Virus record (IMG/VR): IMGVR_UViG_3300027839_000006
Coordinates: 28,161-92,160 of that record
Direction: 5' to 3' (one strand)
Origin: a virus
DNA: 64,000 bases
Position numbers and translations under genes: made by a program. Under the pieces are notes generated by a model, which was not told the origin of the DNA, searched no databases, and saw only the letters and a list, made by a program, of their open reading frames with translations. Positions 1-10,834 of this stretch are shown here, piece after piece; positions within the stretch are counted from its first letter, which is position 1; each line of letters opens with the position of its first letter.

Positions 1-30
1 GAGGAAGCCTTGCTCACCTTGATGATGTAA
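1..30 (+). CDS. 3' end of an upstream gene (partial, ...EEALLTLMM*)
   Basis: Open frame from base 1 to TAA at 28-30, followed by a short intergenic region with the late-type motif. Too short to assign. Confidence 0.35.
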   Translation, partial: EEALLTLMM

Positions 31-78
31 CCGTTTTCCGCTCTATACACCCCCTTATGGTGGGAGCTTTGGACCACC

Positions 79-1218
79 ATGAGTATCGATGTCAGACTTA
101 CATATTCTTGCCCCCACATCACCGTGGAAGAGGTGGTAGAGGTGTTAGACAGACAGGTGTTGAAGACGAGACAACCTGTTGCTTCTACCAAGCTGGTTAG
201 GGTGTTGGTCAATGATGTGTTTGAGATCCCCTCCGAGGGGTCATATTCCCAGGCTCAGTTGATCAGTAGAGTTGGCCCTTACTTCATCGTAAAGAACGAG
301 CAGGAGTTTGTAGTCACCGGGTCATCCGAGACCGTGACTTTGGCTCTTACCTCTACCGAGGACACCGGCAGGTCACTAACGACTAATGAGTTGGTTGCTC
401 TTCTTCGGCCACTTACGACGACCCTGCACTTTGAGAATAAAGGCGGGGCACTCTTGATTCGGGATACCTCGAACATTGGGCCAAGGTCTTCCTTGCGTCT
501 TTCTGGGTCCGCAGCCGAGAACCTCTTTCCTCATCAGACAGGAGACCGGGGAAAACAACTCTGGCCTGGGTGGGACATTTGGACGCCCCCTGGAATGATT
601 ACCTCCAAGTACGTTCGGTTCCGTTCCCCCATTCGGTCTAATCCAAGGATTACTGTGACCTACCCCGTCCGTCGCACCCGTTGTCTTCGATGTCGGGGTG
701 GAGAGGTCGAGAACGATCCTCGCTTCACGGAAGCAGGCCAGATGATCTTGGTTGAGAATGAGAACCTATTGAATCAGTTGGTGTTGAAATCCTTGCTGAC
801 AGATAAGGGTTCTAACCCCTATTTCAAGGGGTATGGGACGCTCCTTCGGAGTAGAATCGGCAAGAAGGCCACAACAGGGATCGCCGCTTCGATATCTCAA
901 GATGTGACGAGATGCCTTGAGAAAGTGAAACAGTGGCAGGGAACCCAGTCAGGGTATCAGTACGTTAGCCGTAAAGAGCGGCTTTCAGAGATCGTGTCCG
1001 TAGACACGTCCCCACACAAAGACGACCCCTCGACTTTCATGGTGGACGTTGTTGTCCGTAATGCTTCTCGGTCACCAATCCGCATTTCAGTGATTTACAC
1101 GGTTCCTGGGGTGGTGGCACGGTTGATTAGGGACGGTATTCCGTTGGCACAAGTAGGAGATACCGGGGGCACGTTGGTAGCTCTCGCAGACCTCAACCCA
1201 AGACGGGGAGCCTTCTAA
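79..1218 (+). CDS. Baseplate wedge protein, T4 gp25/P2 gpW-like C-terminal domain with N-terminal extension
   Basis: C-terminal 'LLNQLVLKSLLTDKGSNPYFKGYGTLLRSRIG' fits the gp25 pattern. CxxC (CLRC) lies just before it. Coupled by TAATG overlap to the gpJ-like gene. Confidence 0.75.
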   Translation: MSIDVRLTYSCPHITVEEVVEVLDRQVLKTRQPVASTKLVRVLVNDVFEIPSEGSYSQAQLISRVGPYFIVKNEQEFVVTGSSETVTLALTSTEDTGRSLTTNELVALLRPLTTTLHFENKGGALLIRDTSNIGPRSSLRLSGSAAENLFPHQTGDRGKQLWPGWDIWTPPGMITSKYVRFRSPIRSNPRITVTYPVRRTRCLRCRGGEVENDPRFTEAGQMILVENENLLNQLVLKSLLTDKGSNPYFKGYGTLLRSRIGKKATTGIAASISQDVTRCLEKVKQWQGTQSGYQYVSRKERLSEIVSVDTSPHKDDPSTFMVDVVVRNASRSPIRISVIYTVPGVVARLIRDGIPLAQVGDTGGTLVALADLNPRRGAF

Positions 1219-4200
1219 TGTCTGAAGTAACCTTTCTTTGCCCCGATGGGGCCTCTCGATCTGACTTCGTGTTCACGACAGACGTGGAGTACCGCTTCTT
1301 CATTGGGACATGCCCCGCAGACACCGCCTATATGCAGATTTCTGTGTTTGGTGGTCCGATGTTGGATGATCCAGACCTTATCACTTTCGAGGGGGATAGC
1401 TTCATTATCCCCAACCCCACCAAGTATCCAAATGGGATGCGGTTGCTGCCTGGGCAAAACCTAATCGAAGTACGGGCAATAAGAACTTCGGGGGGCATCA
1501 CACCCACATCCTCTATCCAAGCCACGTTATCTCAAGACGATGCTCTTCTTCTTTATGCTGCCCCAACTGGGTTGAGGATGGATCGAGAAAATGGGTTTGT
1601 CCGCTTCGTCATAGAGTACACGCAGGGTGATTCTTTTCAAGGGTTCAACGTCTACGCAAGCCCCGACCCTGGTGGGACAACGGGCTACATCAAGTTGAAC
1701 CCGACCTTGATCACGGACCTGTATACGACAGAGGAAGTCGTTACTCCTTTGGGTGAGTTGCAGGCAGATACGGCGATTGTCCTCGATGAAAACGGGAAGC
1801 CGCTGGCAGATCCCCTATATTTCCGAGTGACTGGAGAGCAAGAGGGTCGGTCAGGGAACGCCCTTCAGATGGACATCAATGAACGTATAGCTGTTTCAGA
1901 GACATCCCGGCATCTTCGTACAACTCTCTTGTTAGAGTCAGTAGCGAAGAAAACCTACTATGCCTTTGAGCATCAAAGGGATGCCGTTTACACAACCCCA
2001 GGTCGCTCCACGATTCCAAACTCGATTCTGGCGGGAACCCCAGTAACAGACGATCTCTATTACGTTGCTGCGGCGGTGTACTACGACTCAACCACTTTGA
2101 GGGAGTATTCGTCTCCTTTTTCTGTTGAGGTGACGGGCAAGCCTCTTGTAGTGACCCCGCAGATAGGTACATTCCCCGCTACGTCTCGGCGTCGGATTCT
2201 CAATGAACTGACCCAATCGATTCATCGCAGTAATCCTCATGTAGCGGTTCAACCGGGGTCCGTGCTGCGAGACGTGTTCATTGATCCAATGTCGTCAGAA
2301 TCACAGAGACTCCGGTTCATCCTGGAGTTTCTACACGCAGCACAATCTTTTTCAACACTGCTTGTCATTGATGATCCGACAGGGAGTGGGGTGTCTGTTG
2401 ACACGAAACTCTCCCCTTACAAGCAGGCAATCGGGCAAGCCTTCTATTTGAGCAACACCCTTGATGTGCAAGCTCTCATTGATATGTGTTTCAGCAAGCT
2501 CGCCCACAACCTTGGGATTTCACGGAGGTTGGGGACCAGGGCACGGGGAGAGGTAACTTTCTATACCCCTACTCGACCGACACAGACCATCACAATACCG
2601 CTTGGGACAGTTGTTACAGGTGGGGGTAGGGAGTTCAAGACAACCTCTGCGGCACGGATTCCAGCCACCTTGTCAGCGCAATACTATGATTCTGGGACAG
2701 GCACGTACCGAGTTCGAGCTTACGTTCGAGACGCTGGGGTCGGAGCCTCTGGAAATCTGTCAGCAGGACAGATGTCTTCTTTCAGTTCTTCTGGGCTATC
2801 AAGTGTTTCAGTAATGAACGAGTCCGCTACCTTTGGGGGCCTTGATAGAGAAGGCAACACGGCTTTAGCCATTAGAGCTATGGGGGCGATTGCCAGTGTC
2901 GATAGCGGTACGCTTCGGGGGTACGAACAAACTGTGGCTTCGATGGCAGGGGTGATTGAGTCGAAAGTTGTGGTGGCAGGCGATTCTTTGATGAAGCGTG
3001 ACTACGACTACACCTTGGGACAGAACCGGGGTGGGAAGGTTGATATCTATGTTCGAGGTTTACAACTTTCCACAGTCACGGACACTTTCGCCTTTTCGTT
3101 CGAGACAGCCTATGACGTAGTGTTTGAGCCTGTGGGAGACCCTCAAGATCTTATCTTTCAGTCCCAAGATGAAACACTTTCCGAGGACAACCCCATCATT
3201 GAGATGTTGAACTTCCCAGATAGGACACCCCCGCTGGGTATTCTGAACGCCTCGACCGGAGGCCGATTCGTGCTTGATGGTCTGGAGATTCTTTCTTACG
3301 ACACGATTCAGATTTCCAGCGAGTTCAATGACCCCGCAGACATTGATGTGACTGATGTCATCACGGGAGATTACCGCTATCGGACCAGTCTTCAGTTTAC
3401 CCCCACCCGACAGCCCGTTAGCTCGGTTGTTTTGATGGAAGGTTCTGATGGAACGATTTTATCGTCCCAGGACTATGTTCTCTATCGACTTGATGATCCC
3501 CTGGTCATGGGAAGATCCTCTACGGCAGCAAACTATGTTCAAGTGGATAGTGCCACCAGCATTGGAACGGTTCTTCAAGTTGACGGTGAAGAGCACCTTA
3601 TCCTTGGGGCCAACATTGAGTATCTCTTCATGCTCGGGGCCAACAAGCTGACCATTGTGATCAAGGATAGCGAAGGCACAGTCTTCAATGGACCCGAGGA
3701 AAATAACCCCGATTACCGGATCATTTCTCCCGAAGATTCCCAGACAACTTTTGGTATTCAGAGGACTGAAGACACCGAGATCATTTCTGGGCAGGAGGTC
3801 TTCATTGATTACTCCCATGATGAGAACTTTACGATCCAATACATGACGAACTCCTTGATTGGGACGACCCAAAACTCCCTGGAAGCAGACCGCCACTTGA
3901 CCGCAGATATTGTAGTCAAGGAGGCCACGAAGACGGCTGTTGATATTTCTGCCACGATTGTGCTGGCCTCGGGAGCAAATGTTGAGACAGTTGAGAATGA
4001 GATCCGCAACAAGCTGGTCAATCTTTTCAACAGCCTTCAACTCGGGGTTGCCCTACGTCATTCAGATGTATTGGAGCAGCTTGATTCGACCTCTGGCGTT
4101 TCTTATGTCGTGGTGCCGTTGACCCGACTGGCCCGACAAGAGGGTTCATTGGTGATTCGGGAGAGGTTAGACACCTCTGAATCGGAAGATACTTTGTTCA

Positions 4201-4727
4201 TCAAGAGTTGGTCTTCTGATTTGGTCCACACGTACTTGGTTACAGGGCCTCTTTCTTCGGCCACTCTGAATGGGGGCGGTGAGGGAAATGAATATCGAGC
4301 CATTCAACAGGATGGCTTGGATTTGGTGTTGGAAACCATCATCCCGAATGAAGCAGGACAGCCTCTTCAGAAGAAGGTTGGCAAGTGCTTCATCATCGGG
4401 AACGGTGGCGTTATGATTCCTGGCTACAACGATGATGACACTGTGGCAGCAACCTATCCAAAGATGGATCAAAACGAGCGTTACGAACAGTCAATGTCCA
4501 TGACCCAAAATCGGGTTTTGGTCACGGTAGCTGCTTCAGATTCCCCTACGAACCACAACTATGAGGTGACTTACTATGTGGGTGAAGATCTGGGTGTCGG
4601 GAACATTGAGCCAGAAGCGATTGAGTATCTGACAGCCGGGAACTTCGACTTCATCTTCGATGAGGACACTCCGAGAGTTACTTCTCGGAGTACATATAGT
4701 CGCACCACGTCCACGGGAACCTACTGA
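1218..4727 (+). CDS. Baseplate J-like (gp6/gpJ) wedge protein, extended to 1169 aa
   Basis: Baseplate_J hallmarks: 'PGSVLRDVFIDP', 'ARGEVTFYTPTRPTQTITIPLGTVV', 'GGLDRE', 'GTLRGYE', 'GGKVDIYV', and C-terminal 'IRNKLVNLFNSLQLGVALRHSDV'. Confidence 0.85.
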   Translation: MSEVTFLCPDGASRSDFVFTTDVEYRFFIGTCPADTAYMQISVFGGPMLDDPDLITFEGDSFIIPNPTKYPNGMRLLPGQNLIEVRAIRTSGGITPTSSIQATLSQDDALLLYAAPTGLRMDRENGFVRFVIEYTQGDSFQGFNVYASPDPGGTTGYIKLNPTLITDLYTTEEVVTPLGELQADTAIVLDENGKPLADPLYFRVTGEQEGRSGNALQMDINERIAVSETSRHLRTTLLLESVAKKTYYAFEHQRDAVYTTPGRSTIPNSILAGTPVTDDLYYVAAAVYYDSTTLREYSSPFSVEVTGKPLVVTPQIGTFPATSRRRILNELTQSIHRSNPHVAVQPGSVLRDVFIDPMSSESQRLRFILEFLHAAQSFSTLLVIDDPTGSGVSVDTKLSPYKQAIGQAFYLSNTLDVQALIDMCFSKLAHNLGISRRLGTRARGEVTFYTPTRPTQTITIPLGTVVTGGGREFKTTSAARIPATLSAQYYDSGTGTYRVRAYVRDAGVGASGNLSAGQMSSFSSSGLSSVSVMNESATFGGLDREGNTALAIRAMGAIASVDSGTLRGYEQTVASMAGVIESKVVVAGDSLMKRDYDYTLGQNRGGKVDIYVRGLQLSTVTDTFAFSFETAYDVVFEPVGDPQDLIFQSQDETLSEDNPIIEMLNFPDRTPPLGILNASTGGRFVLDGLEILSYDTIQISSEFNDPADIDVTDVITGDYRYRTSLQFTPTRQPVSSVVLMEGSDGTILSSQDYVLYRLDDPLVMGRSSTAANYVQVDSATSIGTVLQVDGEEHLILGANIEYLFMLGANKLTIVIKDSEGTVFNGPEENNPDYRIISPEDSQTTFGIQRTEDTEIISGQEVFIDYSHDENFTIQYMTNSLIGTTQNSLEADRHLTADIVVKEATKTAVDISATIVLASGANVETVENEIRNKLVNLFNSLQLGVALRHSDVLEQLDSTSGVSYVVVPLTRLARQEGSLVIRERLDTSESEDTLFIKSWSSDLVHTYLVTGPLSSATLNGGGEGNEYRAIQQDGLDLVLETIIPNEAGQPLQKKVGKCFIIGNGGVMIPGYNDDDTVAATYPKMDQNERYEQSMSMTQNRVLVTVAASDSPTNHNYEVTYYVGEDLGVGNIEPEAIEYLTAGNFDFIFDEDTPRVTSRSTYSRTTSTGTY

Positions 4728-6280
4728 TGGCTTACGGGGACGGTGGAGATGGTGGAGACTCCACCAAGAAGACTTCTGGCCTTCCCAGGAGAGGCAGTCA
4801 GCTAAAGGGGGGTCCAGATCTTCCCAAAAACTCTTATGTTGAAGGGTCCAAGAAGATTGTCCCGGGTTCAGTCCCCCTCAACCCAAGCTCTATCCGACCT
4901 GTTGGACAGCAGTACCATGATGTTATCAAGAAGCAGACCGAAAACATCATGGGATTCTTCACCGCTGTTCTTCCCAGCAACTATGTAAGTCAGGTTCGTG
5001 GGCCGTTTTACACACTTCAGTTTCAGTCCGCAGCCGAACAGATTGCGAAGATCCAGATTGAAGCCCAGGAAGCCTTTGCTGATTCGGACTATGACTTCAC
5101 CCGACCCGAGTTCCTTTGGCAGATCCTTGGGACTCTGGTTTTCCCTGCTCACGGTCTTGAGGGTACACCAGACATTCCCATCGACCATGAATACCGCCAT
5201 TTCTTGCGGAGCATGGTGGTGCTTTTCCTCAAGGGGGCACGTCCAGCAACTATTGAAGCTGGTATTACATTACTGACAGACGCTAACCTGACCCTAATCG
5301 AGAAGTCCCTGGAAACAAAGAGGACGACGGGTGCTGCTTACGGGTTGGATGAGCAGTTCGAGTTTGAGGTTAGCTTGGACAAGATCCAGTACACCACGGA
5401 AGAAGACGGCCATTCTCACACCATGCTGTTGGACAGCCGGGGCACTGGAAAGACCACGGAAACCATCGGGCAAGATGGGAACCACACCCATGAGATCCTT
5501 CGGTTCGTAGTACAAGCCTCCCTTGATGACGGCCACTCACACGATCTGGTGTCCGAGTTCCCCGAAGACCCCACACGTCTTCAGTACAACGCAGAGATGG
5601 TCCTTCGGGCACTCAAGCCCGCCCATACAGCCTACCAGTACCGCTACCTGTTTCGAGAAGCCTTTGGGACGCTGTTCGATGACAGCATGAGCTTCACCCA
5701 GGAACAGTTCCATTATGAGGATTTACGCAAGTTCTGTGCAGGGGCAACCCGAGTCGCAGGGATTGGGGAGACCTTGGTGGACAGGCGGTTGTTCAGAGAC
5801 CCAACCAAGAGCTTTCGGTGGATCAAGCCCGGTGCCGAGTTGAACATCACGGCAGGACCGAATCTGGGGCCTTACCGGGTACAGGATGTCTTGGTCTTCA
5901 CCGTGGGCCAAGACAGCACCCTACGCCCTTACACCACGTCCAGCGGGTTGGGGGGATCTCTCACGGTCGATGGGGATCGGATTACGGACCCAGACCAAAA
6001 CTTCACTCTCGCCCAAGAGGGGGAGATCCTGACCATTTTAGAAGGCCCCAACACGGGCAGCTATCGCCTTGCTTACTTGCTTGGATCGGGCGGCGGCCCC
6101 GTAGGGTTTGCAGTCGGCCCCGCTACTTCAGTCCGAGTAGAGCCGACCACCCTTCGCCTGGATACACGGATGCCGGTCTCTCTTGAAGAACAAGCCTATA
6201 CAGTGTCCGTAGATAGACTGGGAACGAGAGTTCCCCAAGTTGTGGAGGGAGAGGATGCCACAGAGCTTTTTTACCTCTGA
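4727..6280 (+). CDS. Baseplate wedge protein, P2 gpI/T4 gp7-like, with HxH-repeat insertion
   Basis: Follows gpJ with a TGATG overlap. 'YRHFLRSMVVLFLKGA' and 'LRALKPAHT' match the gpI pattern. Three GHSH/NHTH motifs. Confidence 0.65.
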   Translation: MAYGDGGDGGDSTKKTSGLPRRGSQLKGGPDLPKNSYVEGSKKIVPGSVPLNPSSIRPVGQQYHDVIKKQTENIMGFFTAVLPSNYVSQVRGPFYTLQFQSAAEQIAKIQIEAQEAFADSDYDFTRPEFLWQILGTLVFPAHGLEGTPDIPIDHEYRHFLRSMVVLFLKGARPATIEAGITLLTDANLTLIEKSLETKRTTGAAYGLDEQFEFEVSLDKIQYTTEEDGHSHTMLLDSRGTGKTTETIGQDGNHTHEILRFVVQASLDDGHSHDLVSEFPEDPTRLQYNAEMVLRALKPAHTAYQYRYLFREAFGTLFDDSMSFTQEQFHYEDLRKFCAGATRVAGIGETLVDRRLFRDPTKSFRWIKPGAELNITAGPNLGPYRVQDVLVFTVGQDSTLRPYTTSSGLGGSLTVDGDRITDPDQNFTLAQEGEILTILEGPNTGSYRLAYLLGSGGGPVGFAVGPATSVRVEPTTLRLDTRMPVSLEEQAYTVSVDRLGTRVPQVVEGEDATELFYL

Positions 6281-6354
6281 TTTCAGGGCGGGCTTCCATA
6301 TCCCTTCAATAGCTCCCCTTGATTGAGGATCGCACTTGATGGAGAGGTTCACCC

Positions 6355-9300
6355 ATGTCGGCCAGTATTCTAACAACGATTGAACGTGACGGGCTGATGC
6401 TCGTCGCAACATACACGGACGTAAGTGCCGAAGTTGCCCGAAAGGGCGACGTAATCCACTGCGAGGCGAAAGACCCTGGTCCGCACACCACGTTTTCGTG
6501 GAGCCTTGTATTCACGCCAGATTCCCCCAACGGGTCGGAATCAGCAGCGGGGCTGGAGACACCCCCTGGCGTAAGCGGGACTGTCTGTCAGTTCACGGTT
6601 GACCATGAAGGGGCCTATTTGGTCCGGTTGGTGGTTGATGCGGGACTTCCTTCCGAGCAGACACGCTTTGTTCGGATTCGTTACCAGACCCTCTTCGGGG
6701 ATGTACGTCTTGTTGCTGCGGGCGAGCGACGGGATGCCGTAGGGGTCATTCCCTATGATCTGACGACTGAGGGGTGGGCAAACCAGCAGAACCAGAACCT
6801 CCAGAAACTCCTTGCTTACGTTCGACGTGTCAGCACTTCTGGCCGAGTGCTGTACGTCGATGCGAACCGAGGACGCCATACGTGGGAAGCTGGGCAAGGG
6901 ATCAACGACGAACAAAACACGGTCCATCTGCCCGGTTCAGACCCAGCCGCTCTGGAGGTTTCGGGCATCACGACTGGTGCCGAGGGGTTCGCTGACTTCT
7001 CGTCAATCAATGCAGCTATCGCTTATGCCCATTGTTGTGCAGAGCGTGATGAAGCGGCCCTAACACCCGAGCATCCTTACTACGTCTTGATCTACCCCGG
7101 CCTCTACATCGAGGACGTGGTGTTCGAGGAAAACGTCCATCTCATCGGTCTTCATGCTCCAGAGAAGTATGTCCGTGGGGTGGTGGTCCAGACCGCTGCA
7201 ACAAGCACCAGCCACATCTATTCGGGGGATAGCGATACAGATCTGGTCATCTGTAAGAACATCGTCTTCGAGAACCTGCGCCCTGAATCTACCAAACCTG
7301 TGGTGGATGTTCGTCGTGGGATGATGCAGATGGAGGGCTGTTCGATCCGACAAACGGTTGGTACGGGTCCAAGTGCCTTACGGGTAGTGACCACTGATAT
7401 CGCCCACATGGCATCAGCGGATTTAGACAACTGTTCTGTTACCAACGGGATCTCCAACGAGGCGATGTGCGCCATCATGGCGGGCAGCGATAATGGCAGC
7501 CTGTCTTTGAAGGATTGTTACGTTCAAGGGCCTTCTGGAATCCGGTTGAACGGGGACTTTGGCAACGGGATCTACGAAGATTACACGGCCAATCTCGTTC
7601 GGAGTAAGATTCTGTCCTCACACGCTGACGGGACTACAATCAGTTCTTCAGCAGATGCCCTGCACATCGTCCACTCGAAAGTTCAGGGCAACGACCCCGA
7701 CAAGAGACTTGTCGTGGGAGGGGGCGGTAAAGCAGGCGATCTCCGTCTGTATCTGAACCACAGTGATCTTGGTGCCGCCGACATTCAGTTCAACACGACC
7801 AATGTCACCGGAACCTCAAAGATCTACCTCGAATCGTCCACCTATGGGGGATTCACGTTCCCCGCAGCCGCTCCCGAGGTGGTATCCGAGACCCAAGGCA
7901 AGTCCGTCAAGCACCTTTCGGTCTATGCGGACCCCTTCAATAATGGGACGGTAGCTGTACCTGCTCCCCACCAGTTGGGTGCCGAGAGCGTACAGGATGC
8001 CGTAGACGACCTCACGGTCCTGGCGACTCCCCTGTCCTCTTCAACGGACGGGTCCAATGTATTCATGGGCCTCGACGGGGCGTATGACGCTTTCACCAGT
8101 GTCGATCCGCCTCTCAAGGGTTCAGGCCACGGTCGGCGTATCGTCGCTGATGCAGGCCCCGTTCAGATCATCCAAGCGGCTGCCCCGGATCTTCCGGGGG
8201 TTACGGTCGGTGCGGGTGCAGGCAACAAGAACGGCCACTTGCAGGTCGAAGGCAGTGTTGAGGTCGGGGGTATCGATACCCCCGAGATCATCCTTGAGCC
8301 AAACCCCTTCCTGGCTGGCCCGCACATCTTGATGGGCGACACTATCTGGCCGTCCGACATCGTTGCGTGTGGGGAAACGATCACCAACCATCGGTCTTTG
8401 CCAGCAGCGATTGTTCAAGCTCGTTCAACGTCTGTTGCCCATAACTACAACATGCGCCTTCAGACGCAGAGCACCAGCAACGCATCCAATGGATCAATCG
8501 GCTGGCTCATCCTTCGGGCAGGTGACTCACTCGACAAGGCGACGATTGGCCCCCATGCGGGCGGTGTCTACCTCCAAGCAGGTAGCTATCTGAACGATCT
8601 GGCTTCTGTCGGGAACGACTGCTCCCCGGGAACGATCTTCTTGGCCCCTGGCTATGCCACGGCTGATGCGGTCCTCACGGGTGAAGAACAATACGGTTGG
8701 GTCCGACTCGTTGATTTGAGTGGAGCCAGCTTCGCCACGTTGACTGCCCAAGGGGCACCCGGCGCTTTCGGGGCCGGGGGTAGCATAACAGATGCGGCGG
8801 GCAAGATCGTCATCGCCACTGCGATGGGCCATGTAAAGGCCAGCATCACGGTAGGCATGGACATCGCGGCAGTTATCGCTGCGTTCAATGATCCAGATGA
8901 AGGCGGAGGGCTCCTGGTCGCCAGCGATGACGGCGCAGGAAAGCTCGTTCTGACTTCCACGGATCGAGGGCCACTTGCAGAGATCCTGTATGTCTTCGAT
9001 GAGCCCACGGACGGCGGGGCTGCCAATGCGGTCTGCCAGACCGTGGGTAACCTCCGAGTCTCTTCGGGTAGCGGGGCTGCTCCCCATGCGGTGTATTCGG
9101 CGGGTTCTTACGACTCGTTCGTCAACATTCATGCTCCCGAGCACAACAAGATCGAGATCGGGGCAGGTGGTCTCGTAGGTTCAATGACCTACGACGCAGA
9201 CACCGGGAAGCTCACGGTCCCCGGTGCTATTGATCCTACCTGTGTGATCTTCGCTGAAGCCGATCATACGGCTGCTGACGGAGACGGCACGGTAGGCGGT

Positions 9301-10815
9301 GTAACTACGATTGCAGGCCAAGGGGCCATCTTCGTCAGTAACGGGGCAGGTGGTCTGATCGACAACGGTCTCTACTACCGCCGAGAGTCAAACGCCGCTC
9401 CGATGCCAGTCGTCACAGGTAGCGGGAATCCCGGCGAGGTAGCCCTTTGGGGGGCCGATGCAACGCTTGAGGGCGATGCAGCACTGACTTGGGACTCTGT
9501 GACGGGCCTCTCGTTCGACATGGACTCCGCTTCGATGATTCGTGTCATCGACAACGGTGTACTCGGGACCAACGCAGACCCACAGGTGCAGTTGCTCGAC
9601 AAGGAGAATGGGGCTGGGAATGATCCAGTTCTCCAGGCTGCTTGGGGTTTTCTCAACCCGGCTAACACCCACGTCTCACTGAAGAACTTTCACGACCCGG
9701 GCAACATCGATCTTGTCACGACCAACGGCGACATCATCATCCCGAATGGGAATGTCCACGTTGAGGCTGGGAAGATTGGTATTGGAGTTGCGCCCGTAGC
9801 TCACTTGAGTATCGAGGATGCAGCCAGCGACCCCGTGATCTCCCTCAAGCGTGCCACCTCTCACTGGAACCTCATCGCTCATCATGCAGATGACTACTTC
9901 GCAATCAACGAAGAGGGTGAAGGTTCGCCCTTCGTCGTTATCCCTGGTGGAAATGTAGGCATCGGTACAACCGCTCCCACGGAGAACCTTCAGATCGGAG
10001 GCGGCGGTGAAAGTAAAGACGGTGATCTAATGCTGTTCTCCGATGCGGGGGATTCACATTCCCTGTTCATCATGGACGCCCTCGGGCTGCACGACGACCA
10101 AGCTGGCATCTACTGGCGACATGGCGGCTCGAACAAGTGGAGCATCACTACCAGGGCCGATGGAGACTTGGACATTTATGACCGTCAAGGTGGCGGCACG
10201 TCGATGCTCCACTTCCAACATGCGGCTGACGGTTGTATTGGCGTTGGTACAGATGCCGCTCTGGTCGAGAAGCTGGAAGTCGCTGGTGCCGTCAAGATCG
10301 GTGCTTCGGCAGATGCAGACGCCGCAGTGGGTACACTCCGCTACGACGGTAATGACTTCCAGGGGCGCACGGGTGCCGGTTGGGAGAGCCTGACAGGTGG
10401 TGCGGTCTTGAGTGTCCACACGGACATTCAAGCGGACATTACCCTGACGGCAGCCGAGTATATCAATGCAGTCTACGTCGGAGTCAATGCAGCCCAGGCT
10501 GATCCTGCTAACAACACTGACATCAACGTGGAGTTGCCGAATACAGAGGCTACTGGAGCTTTGATCGGTCGAAGGATTCACATCAAAGACGAGACCGCTG
10601 GTGGTGCTCCGAGCTTGACGTGGAATGACGATGGTGATGATCCACCAGTAACTCCCGAGGTTCCAGTCAAGATAACGGTGTCCACTGCTGGTGGGGGCGG
10701 CCAGATCGATACCTCTACGGATGCCGTGGAGATGACGGAGGATAACCAGTCCTTGCTGGTGATTTGTGTAGATAACAATGGTGGTGCTGGCCCAGCCAAG
10801 TGGTTCATCATCTGA
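6355..10815 (+). CDS. Tail fibre/tailspike with Ig-like N-terminus, probable beta-helix and fibre repeats (1486 aa)
   Basis: N-terminal 'FSWSLV...FTVDHEGAYLVRLVV' (PKD/Ig-like). Pectin-lyase-type beta-helix cap 'FSSINAAI...VLIYPGLYIEDV'. 'GNVGIGTTAP'-type repeats. C-terminal 'VELP...GRRIHIKDE...WFII' domain. Confidence 0.7.
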   Translation: MSASILTTIERDGLMLVATYTDVSAEVARKGDVIHCEAKDPGPHTTFSWSLVFTPDSPNGSESAAGLETPPGVSGTVCQFTVDHEGAYLVRLVVDAGLPSEQTRFVRIRYQTLFGDVRLVAAGERRDAVGVIPYDLTTEGWANQQNQNLQKLLAYVRRVSTSGRVLYVDANRGRHTWEAGQGINDEQNTVHLPGSDPAALEVSGITTGAEGFADFSSINAAIAYAHCCAERDEAALTPEHPYYVLIYPGLYIEDVVFEENVHLIGLHAPEKYVRGVVVQTAATSTSHIYSGDSDTDLVICKNIVFENLRPESTKPVVDVRRGMMQMEGCSIRQTVGTGPSALRVVTTDIAHMASADLDNCSVTNGISNEAMCAIMAGSDNGSLSLKDCYVQGPSGIRLNGDFGNGIYEDYTANLVRSKILSSHADGTTISSSADALHIVHSKVQGNDPDKRLVVGGGGKAGDLRLYLNHSDLGAADIQFNTTNVTGTSKIYLESSTYGGFTFPAAAPEVVSETQGKSVKHLSVYADPFNNGTVAVPAPHQLGAESVQDAVDDLTVLATPLSSSTDGSNVFMGLDGAYDAFTSVDPPLKGSGHGRRIVADAGPVQIIQAAAPDLPGVTVGAGAGNKNGHLQVEGSVEVGGIDTPEIILEPNPFLAGPHILMGDTIWPSDIVACGETITNHRSLPAAIVQARSTSVAHNYNMRLQTQSTSNASNGSIGWLILRAGDSLDKATIGPHAGGVYLQAGSYLNDLASVGNDCSPGTIFLAPGYATADAVLTGEEQYGWVRLVDLSGASFATLTAQGAPGAFGAGGSITDAAGKIVIATAMGHVKASITVGMDIAAVIAAFNDPDEGGGLLVASDDGAGKLVLTSTDRGPLAEILYVFDEPTDGGAANAVCQTVGNLRVSSGSGAAPHAVYSAGSYDSFVNIHAPEHNKIEIGAGGLVGSMTYDADTGKLTVPGAIDPTCVIFAEADHTAADGDGTVGGVTTIAGQGAIFVSNGAGGLIDNGLYYRRESNAAPMPVVTGSGNPGEVALWGADATLEGDAALTWDSVTGLSFDMDSASMIRVIDNGVLGTNADPQVQLLDKENGAGNDPVLQAAWGFLNPANTHVSLKNFHDPGNIDLVTTNGDIIIPNGNVHVEAGKIGIGVAPVAHLSIEDAASDPVISLKRATSHWNLIAHHADDYFAINEEGEGSPFVVIPGGNVGIGTTAPTENLQIGGGGESKDGDLMLFSDAGDSHSLFIMDALGLHDDQAGIYWRHGGSNKWSITTRADGDLDIYDRQGGGTSMLHFQHAADGCIGVGTDAALVEKLEVAGAVKIGASADADAAVGTLRYDGNDFQGRTGAGWESLTGGAVLSVHTDIQADITLTAAEYINAVYVGVNAAQADPANNTDINVELPNTEATGALIGRRIHIKDETAGGAPSLTWNDDGDDPPVTPEVPVKITVSTAGGGGQIDTSTDAVEMTEDNQSLLVICVDNNGGAGPAKWFII

Positions 10816-10834
10816 TTGAGCTTACGGGGCTGGA

